From IMG/VR virus record IMGVR_UViG_3300037183_000064, positions 1 to 35,963 of that record: DNA of 35,963 nucleotides, one strand, 5' to 3'. Positions 1-7,377 of the stretch are shown in pieces; the first letter of the stretch is position 1, and every line of letters starts with the position of its first letter. The notes below the pieces were generated by a model. It saw nothing but the letters and a program-made list of their open reading frames with translations. It made no database searches and was not told the origin of the DNA. The position numbers were made by a program, and so were the translations under genes. This DNA comes from a virus. Its lineage: Duplodnaviria > Caudoviricetes.

Positions 1-127
1 CGACCGGCTCGAAGGGCACGTCACCGTCGGGCGTCTCCAACACGACGCGCACGTGCGGCGTCTTCTTGAGCGGCGAGCCGTCGCGCGGCGCGAAAAACTG
101 GCCTGGCGCCTTGAGCTTGATCGGCTG
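1..127. repeat. 127-bp terminal direct repeat (copy 1), circular assembly overlap
   Basis: Bases 1-127 are identical to 35837-35963; an ORF reads in frame across the junction. Confidence 0.95.
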
Positions 128-904
128 CTCCTTCGGCGGTTCCAGCGCCTTGCGCACCACCGTCAGCGCCTCAGTCAACGCTGCCTGCACCGCCATCGCC
201 TCGCCGCGGGCCAGGCACGGCGCGATCGCAGCCTGGGCGTCACGCAGCAGCCGCTCGACGCCGATCAGCCTGTCGCGCGTCCTCATGTCAGGCTCGTCGG
301 GGGCGGGCGGCGTGGCCGCCAGGCCTGAACGTGGAAGCTCTTTCCCGCCCGCCCCCTCGTCGCCGCCGACCGGTCCGGCCTTGGCCTCGCCTTGACGCGC
401 TGCAGGTGCAAACGTTTGCACCTCGGCGCTCGTAACCTCTTGCGATTGCTCGGTTGTCGCAATGCGCAAACGCTCGCGACATTCACCGACGAACACGTCC
501 GAAACCTGCGTCACCTTCGCGATCGCGCGGTTGCTCCACTCGCCCCACTCGGCGTCCGCCAGCAGGGTCTCGACGGCGCGGCGCTTGTCGGCGTTCGAGC
601 GGCGCAGGCCGTGCGCGGCGTTGGCCCCGCACGCCGCCAGGATCGCGTCGCGCTGCGTGCCGCGCTTGACCTCGGCCATCACGCGCTTTGCGCCTGCGCG
701 CAGCTCCGCCTCGATGCGATGGAAGCCGTCCCACAGCCAGTGATCGGTCCCGTCGAAGAAGACGCCCACGTCTGGCAGCTTCGCCTTCGCCTTGATCACC
801 GCCGCGTAGTCGGCGACGGTCCCCTCGTCGAGCGCGCCGCGAATCTGCGTCCCGCCGTCCCGCCTGATGTGCTCGATCAGCATGTGGGCCGCGCGGCCCT
901 TCAC
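1..904 (-). CDS. ParB-like CTPase/Sulfiredoxin-fold protein with HTH (309 aa, spans the circular junction; missed by the ORF track)
   Basis: Hand translation from GTG 904 (GTGA overlap with the upstream stop): MKGRAAHMLIEHIRRDGGTQIRGALDEGTVADY...VFFDGTDHWLWDGFHRIEA...GTQRDAILAACGANAAHGLRRSNADKRRAVETLLADAEWGEWSNRAIAKVTQVSDVFV. It has a ParB GxxR motif (DGFHR) and an HTH, and continues through the junction to TGA at 35811-35813. Confidence 0.85.
   Translation of the reverse strand, partial: MKGRAAHMLIEHIRRDGGTQIRGALDEGTVADYAAVIKAKAKLPDVGVFFDGTDHWLWDGFHRIEAELRAGAKRVMAEVKRGTQRDAILAACGANAAHGLRRSNADKRRAVETLLADAEWGEWSNRAIAKVTQVSDVFVGECRERLRIATTEQSQEVTSAEVQTFAPAARQGEAKAGPVGGDEGAGGKELPRSGLAATPPAPDEPDMRTRDRLIGVERLLRDAQAAIAPCLARGEAMAVQAALTEALTVVRKALEPPKEQPIKLKAPGQFFAPRDGSPLKKTPHVRVVLETPDGDVPFEPV
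404..423. promoter_or_regulatory. Perfect 20-bp palindrome AGGTGCAAACGTTTGCACCT inside the ParB-like gene (candidate parS-like site, type 1)
   Basis: Read directly; the core TGCAAACGTTTGCA recurs at 17843 and 29154. Confidence 0.75.
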
Positions 905-1716
905 AGTTCCACCTCACACGCGTCGACGATCAGCGATTCGAGCAGGGCATTCTGCACGTCCCTGGCGGCGTCCCTGGCGGCGTCCATGGCGGCGCGAATG
1001 GCGGCGGCCCCGGCGGCGGCCGTGGCGGCGTACCAGGCGACGGCCATGGCGGAGTCCCAGGCGGCGTCCCTGGCGGCGGCCCAGGCGGAGTCCCAGGCGG
1101 CGGCCCTGGAGGCGGCCCAGGCGGAGTCCCAGGCGGCGTCCCAGGCGGCGTCCCAGGCGGCGTCCCAGGCGGCGGCCCTGGCGGCGGCCCAGGCGGCGTC
1201 CCTGGCGGCATCCCTGGCGGCGTCCCTGGCGGCGTCCCAGGCGGAGTCCCAGGCGGAGGCCCTGGCGGCTCCCCAGGCGGCGGCCCTGGCGGCGTCCCTG
1301 GCGGCGTCCCTGGCGGCGGCCCGCAGATCTTCCGACCCGGTCTCCAGGTATTCACGCACGATCTGTGGCATCTCCCAATTGCCGGCGACCGAGAGGGCGC
1401 ACTCTCGCGCGAAAATCCTGAGTAGATCATCGCATGGCGCCCAGCCGAGAACCTTGCGCCGAGAGCCAACAATCTTGTCGTCATGGCCACGGGAAGAGAC
1501 GACGCCATCTAGCTCGACGACGCAGACCGCGGCGTTGTCCCATTCGAGATAGGTCAGCGCATCGATCGCCCGGACGCTGGCATGCAGACCGAGCACGCAG
1601 ATTTCGATCGGGCCAGCCTCTTCCAACCACTCGCCAATCGATGGCATCAGGCGGCCGTCGCGCAGAGTCGGGACGCCATCGACAAGACGCACGAAGTGAA
1701 ACCCTAATATGCTCAC
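901..1716 (-). CDS. Phage protein with N-terminal globular domain (IEICxxGLHAS motif) and C-terminal AAWD/AARD tetrapeptide repeats
   Basis: 271-aa ORF coupled by 4-nt overlaps to both neighbours; this architecture is common in phage early regions. Confidence 0.8.
   Translation of the reverse strand: MSILGFHFVRLVDGVPTLRDGRLMPSIGEWLEEAGPIEICVLGLHASVRAIDALTYLEWDNAAVCVVELDGVVSSRGHDDKIVGSRRKVLGWAPCDDLLRIFARECALSVAGNWEMPQIVREYLETGSEDLRAAARDAARDAARAAAWGAARASAWDSAWDAARDAARDAARDAAWAAARAAAWDAAWDAAWDAAWDSAWAASRAAAWDSAWAAARDAAWDSAMAVAWYAATAAAGAAAIRAAMDAARDAARDVQNALLESLIVDACEVEL
958..1323. repeat. Coding tandem array of about 30 degenerate 12-bp units (GGCGGCGTCCCA/T)
   Basis: Visible 12-nt periodicity encoding (A/S)A(W/R)(D/A). 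Confidence 0.9.
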
Positions 1717-2000
1717 GCTGCCCGCCTTGCGATCCGCTCCAGCGCCCGCATGACGACGTTCGTGGTCGCCCGGTCGGCCTCGCGCTCAATCTCCGCGCGC
1801 CGCTGCGGCTCAGCCGCGATCCTCGCGGCGACGGCGACGTTGGCCGCCGCCAGCGCTCGCGCCTCGCCGTAGGTCAGCCCGAGGCCAACGGCTTCAGCGA
1901 TGACCGCGCGCGTCTTTTCGGCGACCTTTCTGGAAACGGCACCCGCTCTCTGCCGATGCTGCGACAGTGTCTTACCTGGGGAAGCCGGACGTCGTGTCAT
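1713..2000 (-). CDS. Hypothetical protein
   Basis: 95-aa ORF with AGGA upstream of the ATG and a 4-nt overlap with the downstream gene. Confidence 0.6.
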   Translation of the reverse strand: MTRRPASPGKTLSQHRQRAGAVSRKVAEKTRAVIAEAVGLGLTYGEARALAAANVAVAARIAAEPQRRAEIEREADRATTNVVMRALERIARRAA

Positions 2001-2245
2001 GGAATATTCCTACGTTCCGACAACCCAAGGAGACGGCGCGCTGCGACCCGATTCATTGCCCCCAATGCCCGTGAGGAGCGCGCAGCCGCCTTCTTGGATC
2101 GTCGAAGTGAGCATCGGGGGGTGACTCCAGTATCCATAAAGTCTCGACGTCGGCAATAATATATTTTAGCGTACATTTGCTGACACGCGCTAAGTAACCG
2201 CAACCATGGGCGAATGTTCAGTATCGACGACTGACGATTTCTCTA

Positions 2246-2416
2246 CTAGGGGGTTGACTTCGGATGCGTCAGCACCAGTCGGCGCACGAATTCTGCCCGC
2301 GTGAGGCCAGCTCGGCGCGCTTGCTTGTCTACGATCGCGAGTTCGGCGGCGGTCACGGGTACGGTGATTTTCTTGCGGTCGGCACGCGTGCGCCCTGCGT
2401 TGATCCCTGCTGGCAT
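2246..2416 (-). CDS. Ribbon-helix-helix (CopG/MobC-like) DNA-binding protein, 56 aa (below ORF-track cutoff)
   Basis: Hand translation MPAGINAGRTRADRKKITVPVTAAELAIVDKQARRAGLTRAEFVRRLVLTHPKSTP: alternating beta-strand, helix, G-L-T-R-A-E-F-V-R helix; GGAGGG SD. Confidence 0.75.
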   Translation of the reverse strand: MPAGINAGRTRADRKKITVPVTAAELAIVDKQARRAGLTRAEFVRRLVLTHPKSTP

Positions 2417-2431
2417 GTCGTTCCCTCCATG

Positions 2432-2455
2432 GGGCCCGCGTCGCGCCGCGGGCCC
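2432..2455. other. GC-rich hairpin between the two cassette genes (9-bp stem GGGCCCGCG/CGCGGGCCC, 6-nt loop)
   Basis: Perfect inverted repeat; no U-tract, so terminator function is unproven. Confidence 0.5.
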
Positions 2456-2469
2456 GAGCAGGGGGCGAG

Positions 2470-2769
2470 CTACGGCTCGATCGCCGCCGATCCGGCCAGA
2501 ACGGTTTCGCCACCGCGGTGGAGCGTTTCCAGCGGACCGATTTGCTCAAAAAGACCGGCCGGGGCCTCGTAAGTCTCTTGCAGATACCAAGACTTCCCGC
2601 CGTCAGTTGACGTCTCGAAGCGAGTAATCTCGCACTCCGTACCCTGGCGCGTGACGATTCGGCGCGCCAGGGCGCCGGCCTCCAGCGTGCCCTCTTCAAT
2701 TTCCTGCCCGGTCACGCCGTGGATGGTGGTGGTGATCGCGTTCTTGGTCAGCCTCGAAATGGTGGTCAT
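2470..2769 (-). CDS. Hypothetical protein (99 aa) in a moron-like cassette
   Basis: ATG at 2769 (MTTISRLTKN...) with AAGGAG SD, downstream of a strong promoter match. Confidence 0.7.
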   Translation of the reverse strand: MTTISRLTKNAITTTIHGVTGQEIEEGTLEAGALARRIVTRQGTECEITRFETSTDGGKSWYLQETYEAPAGLFEQIGPLETLHRGGETVLAGSAAIEP

Positions 2770-2812
2770 CGTCGTCTCCTTGGTGGGTCGGGTTGTCGTG
2801 CTCACAAGAGAC

Positions 2813-2841
2813 AACTTAACCCACCGTGGGTCCCACGGCAA
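2813..2841 (-). promoter_or_regulatory. Sigma70-type promoter TTGCCG-N17-TAAGTT with overlapping operator palindrome CCGTGGGTCCCACGG (2824-2838)
   Basis: Consensus match with exact 17-nt spacer; palindrome read directly. Confidence 0.65.
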
Positions 2842-3042
2842 GAACAAAAGCACGTGACCTTTGTTCAGTGCCTACCAGCTCGTCGCGCAGCTCGGCGAGC
2901 GTTGCGGGCTGGCGCCGGGTCATAGCGCGAGCTTCTTGGCGCGCGTGACGGGCTTGGCGTAGAGAAGCGGATCGACGACGCGGTAGAGGCGCCGATCTGA
3001 TATCGCGTCTGCGCAGATACCATACAGACGACGGGAACTGCA

Positions 3043-3162
3043 CTACAGCGACGGCAGGTCAACGGCGCCTGACCCGCCGCAAGCCTCGCACGGCTCTGGC
3101 TCTCCGGCCGGCGGCGACGCGACGACCCCAGTGCCCTTGCAGCGCTCGCACATCGCGGTCAC
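3043..3162 (-). CDS. Small DnaJ-type zinc-finger protein (39 aa)
   Basis: MTAMCERCKGTGVVASPPAGEPEPCEACGGSGAVDLPSL has two CxxCxGxG motifs; GTGA overlap with the exonuclease stop. Confidence 0.6.
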   Translation of the reverse strand: MTAMCERCKGTGVVASPPAGEPEPCEACGGSGAVDLPSL

Positions 3163-3929
3163 GCTGCGGCCTCTTCGTCGGCGCCGAACACCAACTCCGG
3201 TTCATCCTCGGGGAAGCCGAGCTCTACGACCGACTGCGAGTAGCCAGGGAATTCGTTGGATGCCTCGCAGACCAGCAGTCGCTCCAGCAGCAGCCGATTG
3301 CTCCGGCGCCCAGCTTCAAGGGCGCGCTCTGGGACGCGATAGACCACAGCCGGGGCGCCACTGGTCTCCGCGCAGACAATGAACGCCTCCTCGGGCATCT
3401 CCTTGCGCCCGCGCTGCTTCGCAAGGCCGCCCATGTACCAGGCCAGCGCGCCGTGATAGTCGAACTTCAGCGAGTCCCACATGAACTTGCGCGGGTCGGC
3501 GTCCTTGCTCGACTTCAACTCGGTGACGAAGTGGCCGCCGTCCACGTCCGGGGTGCCGCGGCACGTGCGCCCCATGATCTCCCAGTAGACGGTGGTCTCC
3601 TTGATGCCATCGAGCACGCGCATCGCCTCGGGGCTGGAGCGAACCGACTGGACCATGCGGTCAACCTGCTCGACTTCGGCGCGGGTCAGGATCAGAGAGT
3701 CAGGGTGCGCCGCCTTGAACGCGTCCCAGTGCTGCCCGTTGCGCGGTGCCGCCTTTCCCGAGTCGGTCACGCGGTCGTAGAACGTGACGTGCTTACCTCC
3801 CAGTAGCACCGCGTGCAGCGCCGATCCCTTGTCGAGGTGTGACGCCTCGGATTCGACGGCGTTCTTGTAGTGCCACGCCGAGCGGGAGATCTTCTTGAGC
3901 GCGCTGTGACGAAGCGGTTCGAGGGTCAT
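3159..3929 (-). CDS. RecE/exonuclease VIII-like PD-(D/E)XK exonuclease
   Basis: Motifs LDKGSALHAVLL, CRGTPD...VTELKS, YHGALAWY, FPGYS. Confidence 0.85.
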   Translation of the reverse strand: MTLEPLRHSALKKISRSAWHYKNAVESEASHLDKGSALHAVLLGGKHVTFYDRVTDSGKAAPRNGQHWDAFKAAHPDSLILTRAEVEQVDRMVQSVRSSPEAMRVLDGIKETTVYWEIMGRTCRGTPDVDGGHFVTELKSSKDADPRKFMWDSLKFDYHGALAWYMGGLAKQRGRKEMPEEAFIVCAETSGAPAVVYRVPERALEAGRRSNRLLLERLLVCEASNEFPGYSQSVVELGFPEDEPELVFGADEEAAA

Positions 3930-4342
3930 ACCGCCGCCTCCTCGTCGTCGTCAGCGCCGGCCTCGCGTGCCGGCGGCAAGCTGTCCGGGTTGGTGTCGAC
4001 CGGCGCGTTCTTTCCCGGCTTCGTCGGGCGGATGCGAATGCAGTCGACGGTCGCGCCGCCGAACGTGGTGGTGCTAGGGAATAGCGTGATCGCCTTGCCG
4101 ATCCACTTCTCCACCTCGAACCCGCCATAGATGGCCGCGATGGTGCGCGCGTTGGTGATGCACAGGCCAAGCCCCTTCTCCTTGCCCTTGAAGTACAGGA
4201 CGGGCTTCTTGCTGGACTTGCCGCCGACGCCGACGAGCTTGCCCTGTGTGACCTTCGCGATCACGACGGTGATGTCGCGGCCCTGCAGGTCGTAGCTGTA
4301 CAAAAATTCTTTGTCATACATCGAACGAACGTCTAGTCCCAT
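3926..4342 (-). CDS. Conserved phage protein beside the RecE-like exonuclease, probable ssDNA-binding/annealing protein
   Basis: Beta-rich core (KKPVLYF...TNARTIAAIYG...WIGKAITLF...DCIRIRP) and acidic tail (DDDEEAAV); coupled to the exonuclease. Confidence 0.6.
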   Translation of the reverse strand: MGLDVRSMYDKEFLYSYDLQGRDITVVIAKVTQGKLVGVGGKSSKKPVLYFKGKEKGLGLCITNARTIAAIYGGFEVEKWIGKAITLFPSTTTFGGATVDCIRIRPTKPGKNAPVDTNPDSLPPAREAGADDDEEAAV

Positions 4343-4500
4343 GATCGCTTCTCCTTCGTGGTGATCTCGTACTTGCTGGCCAGTTCATCGACGACGACGC
4401 GCGCAATCTCTGCCGGTGTCTCGTTAGCCTCGTTGGCCAGCGCCACGTCCAGCGCTTTTGCAACGAACTCGACCAGCGCCTGTCTGTCCCGCCACTTCAC
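4333..4500 (-). CDS. Hypothetical protein (55 aa, MKWRDRQALVEF...)
   Basis: GTG start overlapping the upstream stop (GTGA). Confidence 0.55.
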   Translation of the reverse strand: MKWRDRQALVEFVAKALDVALANEANETPAEIARVVVDELASKYEITTKEKRSWD

Positions 4501-4709
4501 TCGGCGGCCTCGCGCAGTTCGATCCGCTCCACCGTCGCGCCATTCAGCCGCAGCCCGTGGCGCGCCAGAGCTTCTGGCAGGTACGCAAGGAAGAGCGCGC
4601 AGTACGCCCGGTCGTACTCGTTCACGGTCGCGCCGGGGTACAAGCCGGCCGCGTAGTCGAGCGCCCGCACGCGCAGCGCGCCTTCGAGAAGGCGATGCGG
4701 CAACGTCAC
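4497..4709 (-). CDS. Hypothetical protein (70 aa, MTLPHRLLEG...)
   Basis: GTGA-coupled start; GC3-rich codons. Confidence 0.55.
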   Translation of the reverse strand: MTLPHRLLEGALRVRALDYAAGLYPGATVNEYDRAYCALFLAYLPEALARHGLRLNGATVERIELREAAE

Positions 4710-4903
4710 GGTAGCCACCCCGCTGCAACGGCCACCAGCGCGATCGCGAAGGCTGCGCTGACCAGCAGGATCGAGAGGCGACCGGCGATGTGCCAGAGCG
4801 CGCGTCGGCGCAGGTAGCAATGGTAGCAGAGCAGCAGCCAGGGCGCGTGCAAGCCCGTGCCGCGCGCGAAGCGGCGACGGTTGCGACAGTCGAGGCAAAT
4901 CAC
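4706..4903 (-). CDS. Small Cys-motif membrane protein (65 aa)
   Basis: CLDC...CYHC plus a C-terminal hydrophobic helix; GTGA-coupled start. Confidence 0.55.
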   Translation of the reverse strand: MICLDCRNRRRFARGTGLHAPWLLLCYHCYLRRRALWHIAGRLSILLVSAAFAIALVAVAAGWLP

Positions 4904-5136
4904 GACGCGAACTCCGCCGCTTCGTCGTCGCAGCGCGCGCACAGGCAGCCCGCCGGGTGGCGCGACATCGCGAGCACATCTTCGTCGGTCGTCACGAGGC
5001 GACCCGAGCCGGGGCACTTCACTCCTACGTTCAGGTGCGTGACCAGGACGTGCGTGTCGCCGACGTGCCGGGTCGCCGTGATGGCGTGGCACGAGTAGCA
5101 GCGCTCGAAGTAGGTGGTCCGTTGTTTCGTTTCCAT
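4900..5136 (-). CDS. Small zinc-finger protein, first gene of the leftward early operon
   Basis: CYSC, CPGSG and CLCARC motifs; promoter placed for a leaderless start. Confidence 0.65.
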   Translation of the reverse strand: METKQRTTYFERCYSCHAITATRHVGDTHVLVTHLNVGVKCPGSGRLVTTDEDVLAMSRHPAGCLCARCDDEAAEFAS

Positions 5137-5191
5137 GATTCACATACTAAGAGAGAGAATGTGAACGCGCAAGCACGAAAGTGCACATTCT
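5137..5191 (-). promoter_or_regulatory. Promoter TTGCGC-N17-TAGTAT-N7-ATG(5136) with three AG(A/T)ATGTG(A/C)A(C/T) operator boxes
   Basis: -35 at 5172-5167, -10 at 5149-5144; boxes at 5138-5148, 5156-5166 and 5181-5191. Confidence 0.7.
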
Positions 5192-5214
5192 TTTACCCAG
5201 CGAAACGACCGGCC

Positions 5215-5457
5215 CTAGCGCTTCGTCCAGGACGTGGCGGGGATCCCGCGCTTCGCCAGAAGCTTCTGGGCCTCGGGCGGGACTTTCATCGAGCCGTTGT
5301 GCCACTTGCACACCGTCGAGCGATTGTAGCCGGTGAGCTTGGCCACCGCGGCGTCGGTCAGCTTCGCTTCGATCTGCGCCTTGCGGCTCGTCGACTGGCC
5401 AGCGCGGCCAGCGGCGATGCGGACGCCGATGGGAGATTGTGCACTTTCCGCTTGCAT
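5215..5457 (-). CDS. XRE/Cro-like helix-turn-helix regulator (80 aa)
   Basis: LTDAAVAKLTGYNRSTVCKWHNGSMKVP HTH; ATG 5457 lies 7 nt after a -10 element. Confidence 0.75.
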   Translation of the reverse strand: MQAESAQSPIGVRIAAGRAGQSTSRKAQIEAKLTDAAVAKLTGYNRSTVCKWHNGSMKVPPEAQKLLAKRGIPATSWTKR

Positions 5458-5493
5458 GCTTGAGAGTGTGCTATCAGAATGTGAATCGTGCAA
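5434..5493. promoter_or_regulatory. Overlapping divergent promoters with operator boxes
   Basis: Minus: TTGCAC(5493-5488)-N17-CACACT-N7-ATG(5457). Plus: TTGCAT(5452-5457)-N17-CAGAAT-N7-GTG(5488). Boxes AGATTGTGCAC at 5434-5444 and AGAATGTGAAT at 5476-5486. Confidence 0.6.
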
Positions 5494-5607
5494 GCGTTCT
5501 TCGACGACGGCGTCAATCAACTCGGCCTGGGCGCGGAGGAGCGCGGCGGTCGGCTGTCTGCTGGCGGCGGCGATTCTGTTGGATCAAGCGTGAACAAGGA
5601 GGGGACG

Positions 5608-6252
5608 ATGGGACATGAGACGTGCAAGGCGTTCTGCGGGATGACGGCTGGTCAGATTCCGGGCGATGCTGTAGCCGACGCTGATTATCTGCTGGCGGCG
5701 TTCTGTTCGGATCTATGGAGCGAAGGTCGCCGCTACTGTTCCGCTGCCTGCGTCCCCACGCCCGCAGCGCAGCCGTCCGAGGCCGAATGCGGATACCCAA
5801 TCGGCGGCGATGAAGTTCCGTGCAACCTGAACAAGGACCACCTCGGTCGGCATTCTCTCAATCGCGTTGTCGTCACAGCCCAACCCGCCGAGCAACCCAA
5901 GCCGGCGAAGTTCTGGTGGCCAAACCAAGGCACTGCAGGCGGCGGACCGTGGGTCGACGCTGATCAGATCAGGCCAGCCACGGAGGTGCACGACTTCAGC
6001 GATCCGTATTGCGCGCGGCGATACAAGGGCGCCGTAGTGCGCCTGTGCGTTGCGTGCGGTGCGTTCGACAAGGACGGAATGAGGTCGCCGAAGTGCGACC
6101 CGGTAGATGGTTGGCGCACGGGCTATGAAGGCTGGGTTGGCGAGGTCGCCCAGCCAGGCAAGCCGTACGCAGGCCCCGAGCGTTTGCCGCGCCCGAGGCG
6201 CGCGCACGTCGCTGCGATGCATGACGACGACTTGATTGGAGGTGGGAGGTGA
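5608..6252 (+). CDS. Cys-rich hypothetical protein (alternative leaderless start at GTG 5488)
   Basis: AGGAGG SD before ATG 5608; several Cys/His clusters (RYCSAAC, CNLNKDHLGRH, CVACG). Confidence 0.65.
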   Translation: MGHETCKAFCGMTAGQIPGDAVADADYLLAAFCSDLWSEGRRYCSAACVPTPAAQPSEAECGYPIGGDEVPCNLNKDHLGRHSLNRVVVTAQPAEQPKPAKFWWPNQGTAGGGPWVDADQIRPATEVHDFSDPYCARRYKGAVVRLCVACGAFDKDGMRSPKCDPVDGWRTGYEGWVGEVAQPGKPYAGPERLPRPRRAHVAAMHDDDLIGGGR

Positions 6253-6378
6253 GCGATCCAAGCCTGTACCACAAGGGCGTACCGACCAAGACGATTCCTG
6301 GTCGGGTATCGACGGAGTTCGTCAGCGCATCGTACAGGACACGATCGACCGTATCGCCCGTCGCGCAGGGAGGATGCC

Positions 6379-6555
6379 ATGAAGACGGTTGACGATATCC
6401 GTCCTCACGGCACCGTCGAGGTTGAATGCGGCAAGTGCGAGTGGTTCTTTTGGCTATCGGCACTAGACCCGCGACTACCCGGCGGCCCGTTCGAGTGCCC
6501 GTCCTGCTTCTCGAATCGGACGGGCGACACGTTCACGAAAGCGGATGAGACATGA
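6379..6555 (+). CDS. Small zinc-ribbon protein (58 aa, below ORF-track cutoff)
   Basis: MKTVDDIRPHGTVEVECGKCEWFFW...PFECPSCFSN; GGAGG SD; two CxxC motifs. Confidence 0.65.
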   Translation: MKTVDDIRPHGTVEVECGKCEWFFWLSALDPRLPGGPFECPSCFSNRTGDTFTKADET

Positions 6556-7165
6556 ACATGTCGATGACTTACGAGCAAATGTGCCTGATGTCGACGGGGC
6601 AGCTTGGGAGGCGCTGGAGGGGATGCGTCGTCTCGTCGAGGAAGCGCAGGCCGAGCGGGACCGGCTCAAGGGCGAGCTGGCGACGATGACGTGCATGTGG
6701 CGCGCGCTGGTCGAGAATGCCCAGAAGCTGCACGGCGAAATCAAGCGGCTCAAGAGCGCACTGGCCGAGTCGCGGCATCTGCTGCTGGAGACGCGCCCGC
6801 GAATCGCTGGGGACCTCGGAAATCGTATTGACGAGTTCCTTGCAGCCCCGCCAGCCGAGCAGGCGCAGGCGACCTACGAAGACGGCGAGGGCAAGCCAGC
6901 GCAATTAGCACACGAGCGATTGCTCTCGGCGTCGGCGGTGTTCATGCCGGATTGGGTCGCCGCGCTCTCCAAGCGGGTGGATGCGCTTGAGGAATGGGCT
7001 CGGCGGCAGGTCGCAGAGCCGTGGTTCGATCCTGAGCGCAAAGCACCGCCCCCGCCCGAGGCCGCCGTGCCTGGGCACGCGTTCGTTTGTCGCTGGGTCG
7101 AGCTCCACGGCGCGCACAACAGGGATGAGCGTTGCAACAACAGCTGCTGCTGGTGCCATCTGTGA
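6545..7165 (+). CDS. Coiled-coil hypothetical protein with Cys/His-rich C-terminus
   Basis: 206-aa ORF with a heptad-rich segment; start uncertain. Confidence 0.65.
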   Translation: MRHEHVDDLRANVPDVDGAAWEALEGMRRLVEEAQAERDRLKGELATMTCMWRALVENAQKLHGEIKRLKSALAESRHLLLETRPRIAGDLGNRIDEFLAAPPAEQAQATYEDGEGKPAQLAHERLLSASAVFMPDWVAALSKRVDALEEWARRQVAEPWFDPERKAPPPPEAAVPGHAFVCRWVELHGAHNRDERCNNSCCWCHL

Positions 7166-7377
7166 ACATCGAGAGGAGGGGTAACTGGTTTTACTTCGAC
7201 GATCACGACAAAGAGCATCGTTGGTGCGCTCCAGTCCCAGGGATACAGGACTGTGGCGCAACGTACGACTACCTGATCATGCTTTGCCCCACGACCAGGG
7301 ACGCGGCCAAGAAACTGGCGGCGATTCGCAGGGCGTATTTGTTGTTTCCAGACGGAAACGGGAGCTATTCAGGGTGA
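7162..7377 (+). CDS. Hypothetical protein (MNIERRGNWFYF...)
   Basis: GTGA-coupled at both ends. Confidence 0.6.
   Translation: MNIERRGNWFYFDDHDKEHRWCAPVPGIQDCGATYDYLIMLCPTTRDAAKKLAAIRRAYLLFPDGNGSYSG

Noticed and set aside
1-127. Terminal 127-bp repeat as a biological direct terminal repeat
   Set aside because: It falls mid-gene and 127 is a common assembler k-mer length; best read as circular overlap
404-423. Palindromes as canonical chromosomal parS
   Set aside because: The sequence differs from the TGTTTCACGTGAAACA / GTTCCACGTGGAAC consensus beyond the central ACGT
464-479. Degenerate extra type 1 site GCGCAAACGCTCGCGA in the ParB-like gene
   Set aside because: Only 11 of 16 positions match and symmetry is lost; not distinguishable from chance
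958-1323. Repeat array as CRISPR or DGR template/variable repeat
   Set aside because: Units abut with no spacers and stay in frame within a gene; no cas or reverse transcriptase gene is present
2920-3045. Possible TAG read-through or recoding, because the frame after the zinc-finger stop stays open to an ATGA overlap at 2920-2923
   Set aside because: Other genes (portal, terS, adaptor, scaffold) end cleanly at TAG next to the following gene or motif; more likely a decayed or separate tiny ORF
6249-6392. 47-codon plus-strand ORF coupled to the Cys-rich gene
   Set aside because: Short, atypical codon use and no motif; cannot be supported
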